Origin: Chthoniobacterales bacterium
GTDB taxonomy: Bacteria; Verrucomicrobiota; Verrucomicrobiia; Chthoniobacterales; UBA10450
Direction of reading: 5' to 3'
Length of the DNA: 50,476 nt
Assembly (NCBI GenBank): GCA_038214915.1
Contig: JBBQRI010000001.1
Coordinates: forward strand, 1 to 50,476
Each line of letters begins with the position of its first letter. Positions within the stretch are counted from its first letter, which is position 1. Positions 1-7,393 of this stretch are shown piece by piece. The translations under genes and the position numbers were made by a program. Under the pieces are notes generated by a model that made no database searches, was not told where the DNA came from, and saw nothing but the letters and a program-made list of their open reading frames with translations.

Positions 1-84
1 GGCGAAACGCAGGAAGAGGTCGACCAGCGAGCCTTCGGAGTTGTCGCTGGATTTGTTGACCAATTCGCCGCGACCGCTGATTAA
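1..84 (+). CDS. 3' end of an upstream CDS running off the window (product unknown)
   Basis: Frame 1 is open from the window edge to TAA at 82-84, which abuts the ATG at 85. Too short to identify. Confidence 0.25.
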   Translation, partial: GETQEEVDQRAFGVVAGFVDQFAATAD

Positions 85-966
85 ATGAAGATGAAGAGGA
101 AACCTACTCCCGTTGCGTTTCGTTCGGGACAGGTCGAGTTCGTTAAAGTTAATACGGACGCGTGGAGATGGCGCGACGTTTATCGCTGGCTGCTGAGTTT
201 GCGTTGGCCACAGTTTGCCGTGTTTGCTGCCACGCTGTACATTACTCTGAATGTTCTGTTTGCCGCGCTTTACAGTTTCCAGCAAAACAGCATAGCCGGC
301 AGCACTGGCGGGCATTGGTTTTTTGATTGCTTCTTTTTCAGCGTACAGACGCTGGCCACGGTGGGCTACGGCCACATGTATCCGCAGACGTTGTACGGCC
401 ACATCGTTACCACCATCGAGATCATGAGCGGCCTCTTCCTACTCGCTGTGATGACGGGACTGATCTTTGTTCGTTTTTCGCGTCCAATTGCGCGCGTCGC
501 CTTTAGCAGGTCGATCGTGATCGCGCCGTTGAATGGGAAGTCGACCTTAATGGTGCGCGTCGGCAACGAAAATCATCACAGTATCGTCGAGGCGGAATTT
601 CGGATCATGTTTTCTCGTGATGAGCCTTTGATCGAAGGCGGCGATTTCAGATACTTTTACAACCTGAAATTGCATTTCGATCGGCTGACTGTTTTCCCGG
701 CAGCTTTGACTCTCCGACACGTGATCGATGAAACAAGTCCGCTCCACCAGGCGACACCCGAATCGCTGGAGACCGAGCGCGCTCTTTTTTTCGTTTCAGT
801 TGTCGGCGTCGATCCCGTCATTGCGGCGGCCGTGCAGACGCAACAGGATTACACTTGGCGCGATGTTCGCTTTGGCGAACGTTTCGTCGAAATCTATACG
901 CAATCAGGGCAAGGACAGCTCACGGTGGATTACGGTCGCCTTCACGAGACCGAACCGGCGGAGTAA
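85..966 (+). CDS. Inward-rectifier-type K+ channel (KirBac family)
   Basis: 293-aa ORF. Two TM helices flank a pore segment with the K+ selectivity filter TVGYG (QTLATVGYGHMYP). A beta-rich cytoplasmic C-terminal domain follows, as in Kir/KirBac. Confidence 0.85.
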   Translation: MKMKRKPTPVAFRSGQVEFVKVNTDAWRWRDVYRWLLSLRWPQFAVFAATLYITLNVLFAALYSFQQNSIAGSTGGHWFFDCFFFSVQTLATVGYGHMYPQTLYGHIVTTIEIMSGLFLLAVMTGLIFVRFSRPIARVAFSRSIVIAPLNGKSTLMVRVGNENHHSIVEAEFRIMFSRDEPLIEGGDFRYFYNLKLHFDRLTVFPAALTLRHVIDETSPLHQATPESLETERALFFVSVVGVDPVIAAAVQTQQDYTWRDVRFGERFVEIYTQSGQGQLTVDYGRLHETEPAE

Positions 967-1061
967 GTTTTGCCCGCGCTCCAGACGTTTGCCGATTTTT
1001 GCGCAGCCAGAGATTCGCATTACTCTTTCAGTCCACAACAACACAAAAGGAGTAACACAAT

Positions 1062-1355
1062 ATGGCTAGTTATGTCTGTCTGATTCAGTTTCGAGACCAG
1101 GGGATTCGCAACATTCAAGACACAGTGAAACGCGGCGACGCTGCCATCGCCGAAGCGAAGAAGATGGGAATGAAGATCGTCGAGGAATACTGGACGATGG
1201 GCGCTTACGATGCAGTCGTCATTGTGGAGGCGCCGGATGATGAGACCATGAGCGCGTTCATGCTTAAGGTGGGTTCACTCGGTAACGTCAAAGGCCAAAC
1301 CTTGCGCGCGTTTCGCCGGAACGAGATGGAAGGGATCCTGGCGAAGATTAAATAG
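1062..1355 (+). CDS. GYD domain protein
   Basis: 97-aa ORF with an AAGGAG RBS ~9 nt upstream. The sequence WTMGAYDAVVIVEAPDDETMSAFMLKVGSLGNVKGQTLRAF fits the GYD family pattern. Confidence 0.8.
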   Translation: MASYVCLIQFRDQGIRNIQDTVKRGDAAIAEAKKMGMKIVEEYWTMGAYDAVVIVEAPDDETMSAFMLKVGSLGNVKGQTLRAFRRNEMEGILAKIK

Positions 1356-1361
1356 CGCTTC

Positions 1362-1756
1362 TCAAAGTCCTAATTTTGCCATCTCCGCGGGCGACAAGGT
1401 GGTTGGCCGGAGATAGACGTGGTCGGAATCCCACAGCGCGGTAAAGATGTAGGTTGCGCCTGGCCGCACGTTTACAGTGATCGAGGTCGGCTGGCTCATG
1501 TCGTTGTTTGGCACGGCTGAAACCGTCAGTACATGTCGCCCGGCTGGGATGCGATGGTCGTACCGGCGACCCTGGACAATGTTCGCAACGGTTTGGCCGT
1601 CGATCTTTAGGTTGGCGGCAAGGTTCCAACCGAGTTCGCCACTCTGATCACAATGAGACGGCCACCTGGCTTAGCCGAGGCGTTGGCTAGCGAGACTGCA
1701 GAGAAGAAGATGAGAATCAGAAGAAATCTGCTGATGTAGCTGGTAAAGGTCCTCAT
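1362..1756 (-). pseudogene. Small secreted DUF2846-like protein, reading frame interrupted by a 1-nt shift
   Basis: A signal peptide plus first strand (MRTFTSYISRFLLILIFFSAVSLANASAKPGGRLIVIRVANSVGTL) runs in one frame and stops at 1607-1609. Protein-like sequence continues in another frame to TGA at 1362-1364 (NLKIDGQTVANIVQGRRYDHRIPAGRHVLTVSAVPNNDMSQPTSITVNVRPGATYIFTALWDSDHVYLRPTT...). The shift lies near 1610-1640. Confidence 0.5.
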
Positions 1757-1795
1757 GAATTCGTTGTAGCACGATTGCTGTCGCGTCTGCACGCC

Positions 1796-2515
1796 TTAAA
1801 TGCGCCAGAGCGAGCGGTGCGTGCCAAACTCGGAGATTTCGCCGGAGGAACTTCTGCTGACGTAAATGGTGATGGAAATGACAGTGATAAACGTGCCAAC
1901 GAAAACCATCGCCACGACCCACGACGGGATGTGCCCGATGCGCAGCGCGTAATAAAACGATAAGACATCGTTGATCGGCGCGGTGGCGTGCAAAAAGATT
2001 TTCGTCAGCCACGCGACCAAGATCAGGATGAAAATGAACATGTAATTCCGTTTCATCCGGCGCCCGATCGCTTCCAATTTCGTGATCTTGAAGCAGGGCA
2101 AAATCAAATCTTCGCAGACGAGCTTTTTCCATTCGCCCTGAAGCAGGTCGCGATTTTCCATGACCATCGGGACAAGAAAGTGCGCTTCAAGCATGCGGAG
2201 GCGCGCGCGAAAGGCGTCGTAAAAACGGTATCTGCGCGCCTCGATCCAGAGCAGCACAGCAACGATGGCCAAGTTAAAAAAGAAAATGATGTGCGGCACC
2301 GCGCGCGTGGAAAAAGCGATTGTGATAATGGCTGTGCTGCTGGTGATGGCCCAGTTGGTCGTAACATCCAGCCGTTGCCGCCACACCATGATCCGCCCCA
2401 GTTCGCCCCGATAAAAATGCGACATCGCATTGACATAGCCCGGGTCGTAAAGGCTCCGCTGCAAGGAAACTGTTCGTTCCTCTTTCGGCCTTACCGCTGT
2501 ATCTTGAGTTGCCAC
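1796..2515 (-). CDS. Integral membrane protein, DUF2270-like
   Basis: 239-aa ORF. The N-terminal HFYRGELGRIMVWRQRLDVTTNWAI motif followed by 4 hydrophobic helices matches my recollection of the DUF2270 family. Confidence 0.6.
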   Translation of the reverse strand: MATQDTAVRPKEERTVSLQRSLYDPGYVNAMSHFYRGELGRIMVWRQRLDVTTNWAITSSTAIITIAFSTRAVPHIIFFFNLAIVAVLLWIEARRYRFYDAFRARLRMLEAHFLVPMVMENRDLLQGEWKKLVCEDLILPCFKITKLEAIGRRMKRNYMFIFILILVAWLTKIFLHATAPINDVLSFYYALRIGHIPSWVVAMVFVGTFITVISITIYVSRSSSGEISEFGTHRSLWRI

Positions 2516-2577
2516 AGCTTGCTATTTAACTGGATAACTGCGTTTGCCGCATAATCCAATAAATCTCTCCACCCTTA

Positions 2578-3045
2578 ATGCCTATCGCGCTCGCAGATCT
2601 GCTAACGGAACAACAGTTGATCCTCCGGTTGCGTTGGCGAAAACCGGCGAATGCGATTCGCGAGATCGTGGACGTGCTCGCGTCCGACATCAGCGCCAGG
2701 AAAATCGCTAAACCTGAAGCTTTTGTTAAAGAAGTGCTCGCGCGTGAGCAGAAGCATCCGAGCGCTGTCGAAAACGGCGTCGCGTTTCCACATGCGCGCA
2801 CGGACTTGGTTAATGAAATTGTGATTGGCGTAGGGCGCAGCCGCGCCGGCGTTCCATTCGGCGAAAATCAACAACGCGCGAATCTCATTTTCGTAATCGG
2901 CGTTCCCGAACGCTTGCTCAGCGATTATCTGGTTTGCGTCGGCACTCTTGCGCGACTGGTGAAGGATGAGACGATCCGATCAAGATTGCTCAACGCCGAG
3001 ACGCCTCGGGAATTCATCGAAGCGTTAGCGGCGGAAACCGTGTAG
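2578..3045 (+). CDS. PTS EIIA type-2 domain protein (PtsN/EIIA-Ntr-like regulator)
   Basis: 155-aa ORF of typical EIIA-2 length and layout. The phosphorylatable His sits in NGVAFPHARTD. No other PTS gene is in the window. Confidence 0.75.
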   Translation: MPIALADLLTEQQLILRLRWRKPANAIREIVDVLASDISARKIAKPEAFVKEVLAREQKHPSAVENGVAFPHARTDLVNEIVIGVGRSRAGVPFGENQQRANLIFVIGVPERLLSDYLVCVGTLARLVKDETIRSRLLNAETPREFIEALAAETV

Positions 3046-3046
3046 C

Positions 3047-3065
3047 CGCGTCTCTGTGAGACGCG
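3047..3065. terminator. Hairpin between convergent genes (8-bp stem CGCGTCTC / GAGACGCG, loop TGT), no U-tract
   Basis: A perfect inverted repeat starts 2 nt after the TAG stop at 3043-3045 and ends 10 nt before the stop of the minus-strand gene at 3075. It belongs to the TAGC-hairpin-TGT family listed in the findings. Confidence 0.4.
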
Positions 3066-3074
3066 CAACATCGC

Positions 3075-4400
3075 TTACGCCAATTCACGAATGGCTCGAA
3101 GCACCGTCTCGACTTCCTGCGGAGTGTTGACGATACTGCACGCCACGCGCGCATACGATATGCGATACGGAGTCGTGGAAGCGACGATGCGCTGAGCGAG
3201 AAGACGCTCTACTACCCCTTCCGGTTTCATCCCTTTCACATCGAAGCAGACCATGCCGGCGGAAAGATTTTCATCGCGCGGTGTGTAGAGCTGGACACGG
3301 GACGTGCGCGCAAGGCCGTCTTTCATTTGGGCGTTCAGCTCGTGTATCCGCGCGGTGATTCGCGCCGAGCCGATGTTCTGGTGAAAACGAATCGCTTGCG
3401 GTAATGCCCAAAAATGTTCGAACGCTTGGAATCCGCCCGGTGAAAACCATGCCGCTCGCGCCGCAGACGCCGGCTCCTGTTCCTCCTCCCACGCTGCGAA
3501 AAGGTCCGGCGAACTAAACGATGGAATCACTGGACGCATCCTCTGCCAAACCGCTGGCTTTGCCCAAACGAAACCGGTGCCCCGCGGACCGAACAACCAT
3601 TTGTGTGTGCCAGCCGCAAACGCGTCGCATCCCAGCGCCGTGATCTTTGGATCTTCCACGCCAAACCCGTGCACGCCGTCAACGATCAGCAGTACACGAT
3701 CCTTTTCGTCGCGGCTGCGGTTTACTTCCGCCAATGTCTCAGCGATCCGGGCGATCGGCAGCCGCACGCCGCTGCTGGAGTGCACCCAGGTGACGCCGAC
3801 GGCTCGCGTCTTTGGTCCGATCGCTTTGCGAATGCGTTCGGCTATTTCATCCGGCGAAATCGAGTCGTAAGAATCGAAGAGCGGAATTTTCCGCCAGGTC
3901 GCTCCGCACCGCCCCGTGGCAAGCCGGATTGATTCGTGATGCACATAGTGATCGTGCGTAGTGGTCAGGATCTCGTCGCCTTCGCGCAACGGCAGCCCAT
4001 GGTAGAGAAGGGCCAAACCCGTCGTCGTGTTTTGCGTCAACGCGATGTCCTGCCCGTCGCCGCCAATGTAGTTGGCGATGGCACGGCAGACTTGCAACGG
4101 GATGTTCTCGTTTGTCTGTTCGAAAATCGCGCCCTCAACGGTAAGCAACGGATTTGCATCTATCTTCGCCCGGTATTGCTCTATCGCCTGACGCACAAGT
4201 TTTGGGTGGGAGGCTAGAAAAAACAATGCGAAATGAATGTAATCGGGGGCCAGTTCAAATTGTCGGCGTACCGATTCCCAGTCTTTGAAATCGGCAGGAG
4301 CGTTTTCCTTGGTTTTAGCTTCGACGAGAACCGACGAAAGCGCTCCCCCAGCCAGCGACAGCGAACCACGGATGAGAAAATTGCGGCGAGTTAATGGCAT
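3075..4400 (-). CDS. Class V PLP-dependent aminotransferase-fold enzyme (cysteine desulfurase / epimerase-like) with a twin-arginine signal
   Basis: 441-aa ORF. The N-terminus MPLTRRNFLIRGSLSLAGGALSS is Tat-like. The PLP lysine sits in AGTHKWLFGPRGTG, and there are DGVHGFG and TTTHDHY motifs. Confidence 0.85.
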   Translation of the reverse strand: MPLTRRNFLIRGSLSLAGGALSSVLVEAKTKENAPADFKDWESVRRQFELAPDYIHFALFFLASHPKLVRQAIEQYRAKIDANPLLTVEGAIFEQTNENIPLQVCRAIANYIGGDGQDIALTQNTTTGLALLYHGLPLREGDEILTTTHDHYVHHESIRLATGRCGATWRKIPLFDSYDSISPDEIAERIRKAIGPKTRAVGVTWVHSSSGVRLPIARIAETLAEVNRSRDEKDRVLLIVDGVHGFGVEDPKITALGCDAFAAGTHKWLFGPRGTGFVWAKPAVWQRMRPVIPSFSSPDLFAAWEEEQEPASAARAAWFSPGGFQAFEHFWALPQAIRFHQNIGSARITARIHELNAQMKDGLARTSRVQLYTPRDENLSAGMVCFDVKGMKPEGVVERLLAQRIVASTTPYRISYARVACSIVNTPQEVETVLRAIRELA

Positions 4401-4477
4401 AAGTTTCTCCTCAGTTTGATACGTCCGTAAGTAAATCGGTTGGGCGCAATAAAGCGATCCAATTATAGAGGCCAGCC

Positions 4478-4507
4478 TATAGCCGCGTATGTGTGAGCCG
4501 CGCGAAC
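4478..4507 (+). repeat. Degenerate copy of the 28-nt TAGCCGCGT..TGTGAG.CGCGC.AAC element seen at 3041-3069
   Basis: TATAGCCGCGTATGTGTGAGCCGCGCGAAC versus TGTAGCCGCGTCTCTGTGAGACGCGCAAC is about 24/28 identical, in the same orientation. Confidence 0.5.
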
Positions 4508-4531
4508 CGGGCTCGTAATACCTATGGCTTC

Positions 4532-4548
4532 GCCTCGCACAGCGAGGC
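4532..4548 (-). terminator. Weak hairpin just downstream of the caspase operon stop (GCCTCGC-ACA-GCGAGGC)
   Basis: 7-bp perfect stem, 9 nt past the stop at 4557-4559 on the minus strand. No U-tract. Confidence 0.3.
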
Positions 4549-4556
4549 AGCTATAG

Positions 4557-6434
4557 TCAGCGCTTCCTGCGGCGAGGAGGTCTCGCACGCCGCGGCGTTT
4601 TCCATGGCACCTCGGCTTTGCGCCAGGCTTTTGGTCCAACCAGTTGCGGTTGCTGGTTGTAGTACGGCGACATCACTTCGGCGACGTTGATCACAAGATC
4701 TTGAAAAGTGAACTTCCGTTTCCTGCGTGTGCCGGCGTGTTCGTGCCCGAGGTCAAAAAGCGTTTTTGTAATGAAATAAGTAAACGCGCCATACGCGGTG
4801 ACGCCGTCGCGATACTCGTACGCGTATTGGTCCTCGCCGCATGCTTCGAAAATGAGCGGGAGATACGGACCTTTATGACCATGCTCCGTCTCGCGCATGT
4901 CGCGGGTCTCTTTGTCCTTCGCCAACGCGCGCAGTGGCACCCCGCGCAGGATGCGATTCGAAGCGCCGCTTTTACCCGTGTACGCGTTAGTGTCTTCCAG
5001 GAACCTGGGAAGTTCACGTTCTTCGGCCAACTTGCGCGGTTCCCACAACTCGCGCTCGCGATTCCATTTCAACATCCGGTGTCGAATATCATCGGGCGGA
5101 TTAAGACCGCGCACCTTTGCGCCACCCGCTCGCGTTAATCCTCCGGAGTGGCAACAATCCAGAAATGCAATGAACGCAGTTTCGTATGGGAGCTGCGCGT
5201 ATAGATCGTTGAAGTTATCGTCAGTCAAGTAAGAGGACCTGTCGTTCCAGTCGAAATCGAACGGCACAAACGTCTCGTCAGTATGATCAATGACTTCGTC
5301 ACTGTTGTAATCTGGAACCTGGGCGCCGTGTCCGGAGTAAAAGAACACACGTTGATCGCCCGGTTGCGGATCTTCCAGTAACCATGTGAAGCGTTCACGG
5401 ATGGCCGCGCCAGTCGCCCGTTCATTAAGAAGAATGCGAATGTCTTCGGCGTCGAACCCAACCTGTTGCAGCGCCGCACTCATTTTGAATACATCGTTGA
5501 CGCAACCCTCAAGACGATCGTCGGGATTCGGGTAATCGTTTATACCGACAAGGAAAGCGCGACGCGGCGTGCGGGTCGCAACCGAGGCGGTGACCTGCTT
5601 TTCCCCTACATCTTCAGTAACAGTAACTCGTTTCGGCTTTGCCTTCGCGTCTGCCGATTGCTGTGCAAGAACACGAGGCCGCGGCAGTCCTGCGATTTCG
5701 CGCCAGACTTTGCTCTGTGCATTACCATGGCGGATGTATTCGACGGCGTCGTGGTCCCCCACGCCCGCGAGTTCGAATGTGGTCTCGATAGTTTGGAAAT
5801 TGTTGGCGTAAATCGTGAACGGAACCACGAGCACATCATCATTTTGGTTGTACAAATTGTACCACTCGCGTGCAGCCACCATTTCCAGGCGGCCACCGAA
5901 CAGACTGCGCAGCGCGGATCGACCTATCTGGCACCCGCACGTGATGAAGTACCGGTCGCGAATGATCCTGTTTTGCGGCGGATGCAGAAACAGATCGTAA
6001 GTCAAAAGTGTCCCGAGACTGTGCGCGAACACCACGTCGGGTTCGACCGCTTTGATCTGTTTAGTTAGAGCTTCGCGCAGGCGCTCCCGCAGCTTTTCGT
6101 CTTCGGCAAACTGCGTCACCATGCCGATCTTCCACTTTGCCCCTTCACCAACTTCCTCGCCAAAAGCGCGCCGCCTTCCAAACAAACCTGAAATCCTGTC
6201 GGCCACCGAATACCTGACCTCATCCCACAACAGCCGGCCGAATCCGCCGAGCGTACCGCCAACAGTCATCGGCGTGTCGCCAAAGAGGTCATCGTATTCT
6301 GCGAAACGGACTTCAACCCCGAGGGATTCGTTCCATTTTTGCAGAACATCCTGCAGCGTCTTTTCCCAGAGCGGCTGCCAGCTTGTCGGGTTCTTCTCCT
6401 GGTGACCGAGTCCGTGAACGACGAGGACTCTCAT
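4557..6434 (-). CDS. Two-domain protein: N-terminal alpha/beta-hydrolase-like (Ser-Asp-His) domain fused to a C-terminal metacaspase-like peptidase C14 domain
   Basis: ATG at 6434 (MRVLVVHGLGH). An alternative TTG at 6443 would overlap the upstream stop by 4 nt. Hydrolase motifs are the nucleophile elbow AHSLG (Ser codon 6018-6020), then NDDVLV and GDHD. Caspase motifs are VGINDYP, FFYSGHG (His 5328-5330) and FLDCCHSGG (Cys 5151-5153). The C-terminal tail is RRARPPRRRKR. Confidence 0.8.
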   Translation of the reverse strand: MRVLVVHGLGHQEKNPTSWQPLWEKTLQDVLQKWNESLGVEVRFAEYDDLFGDTPMTVGGTLGGFGRLLWDEVRYSVADRISGLFGRRRAFGEEVGEGAKWKIGMVTQFAEDEKLRERLREALTKQIKAVEPDVVFAHSLGTLLTYDLFLHPPQNRIIRDRYFITCGCQIGRSALRSLFGGRLEMVAAREWYNLYNQNDDVLVVPFTIYANNFQTIETTFELAGVGDHDAVEYIRHGNAQSKVWREIAGLPRPRVLAQQSADAKAKPKRVTVTEDVGEKQVTASVATRTPRRAFLVGINDYPNPDDRLEGCVNDVFKMSAALQQVGFDAEDIRILLNERATGAAIRERFTWLLEDPQPGDQRVFFYSGHGAQVPDYNSDEVIDHTDETFVPFDFDWNDRSSYLTDDNFNDLYAQLPYETAFIAFLDCCHSGGLTRAGGAKVRGLNPPDDIRHRMLKWNRERELWEPRKLAEERELPRFLEDTNAYTGKSGASNRILRGVPLRALAKDKETRDMRETEHGHKGPYLPLIFEACGEDQYAYEYRDGVTAYGAFTYFITKTLFDLGHEHAGTRRKRKFTFQDLVINVAEVMSPYYNQQPQLVGPKAWRKAEVPWKTPRRARPPRRRKR

Positions 6435-6439
6435 CTCAG

Positions 6440-7252
6440 TCAAACTGTGAACGGTTTCTGGCTCTCGAACTGTTCGTTAGTCCGTCCGATGGTGAAATAA
6501 TGCGGTGATTGCGTTGGCGGCATTAGTTTGACGATCGATTGGTGAAAGCCGGGATAATCGCCGTTGAACTTTCCGTTTTTCCAAACAGCAAGCAGCGTTT
6601 CGGTGAACAACCCGTTGCGGTCGCCGTCTGCGCTTGTTTGGTTATCCTGACAGCCGGAGATCAAAAACGCGGTAGCGTCCATTCTCGTGCGTCGAGTGGC
6701 GCTACGTTGTTGGAGTTTGTCGTAGAACTTTTCGTGGTCCATGTAAACGCGCAGCGCAATATCGCGCGGCATCATACGCGGACGCACCGGCTTTAGACCG
6801 AGCGCGGAGAAGTGCGCTGCACGAAGTACCGTGCCGCTGTGGCAACTGTCCGACAGCACAAAAATCCGCACGCCCCTAACAAATTGCTTTAGCGCAGCAT
6901 AAAGCTCGTCATCAATGAGTTCGCCATCGTACAAACACCATGTTTCATCGTAGCCATCCGGCTCAAAATCGTTCCCCGTGTTCGGCACCTGGCCGCCGTG
7001 CCCCGAATAGGTGAGAAAGAAGATGTCGTTCCGTTTCAGTTTCGCCGCTGCGGCTTTGATGTCGGCCAGGACCCGATTGCGTGTCGCCCTTTTCGTAAGG
7101 CGTTTGGTTACTTTCGTGAAGCCTTGGGTTTTCGCCAAAGCTTGCATGTCGTTTGCGTCGAACTCGCACGCGGTGAGTTGTCCGTCCCAGCCGCTGTAGT
7201 GTTTTGGATCGACAGCGTTGAGACCGATGTGGAGAGATGCTCCAACTGTCAT
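6440..7252 (-). CDS. Caspase family protease (peptidase C14), single domain
   Basis: ATG at 7252 is preceded by a GAAAGGA RBS-like site; the longest ORF extends to 7333. Motifs: LHIGLNAVDPKHYSGWDGQLTACEFDANDM, FFLTYSGHGGQ (His 6998-7000), FVLSDSCHSGT (Cys 6842-6844). Confidence 0.8.
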   Translation of the reverse strand: MTVGASLHIGLNAVDPKHYSGWDGQLTACEFDANDMQALAKTQGFTKVTKRLTKRATRNRVLADIKAAAAKLKRNDIFFLTYSGHGGQVPNTGNDFEPDGYDETWCLYDGELIDDELYAALKQFVRGVRIFVLSDSCHSGTVLRAAHFSALGLKPVRPRMMPRDIALRVYMDHEKFYDKLQQRSATRRTRMDATAFLISGCQDNQTSADGDRNGLFTETLLAVWKNGKFNGDYPGFHQSIVKLMPPTQSPHYFTIGRTNEQFESQKPFTV

Positions 7253-7393
7253 AAGCGGTCCTTTCGTTTTGGAATAGGACGCCGATTCTGACCAGAACGC
7301 ACCGCCTGTGCAAGACGATTGTCGCTTCTGCATCGCCGACAGGATTGTTCCCGCGACAATTCAGTTTGCATAAGCTGAAATCACGCGTCTATC

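Noticed and set aside
5466-6068. 200-aa ORF antisense to the caspase-hydrolase gene, plus other long antisense ORFs (1988-2554, 10640-11191, 16164-16736, 25147-25752, 26295-27029, 27878-28408, 40460-41005)
   Set aside because: These are typical shadow ORFs of GC-rich coding DNA. They are Arg/His/Cys-rich with non-protein-like composition, and each is fully contained in a well-supported gene on the other strand.
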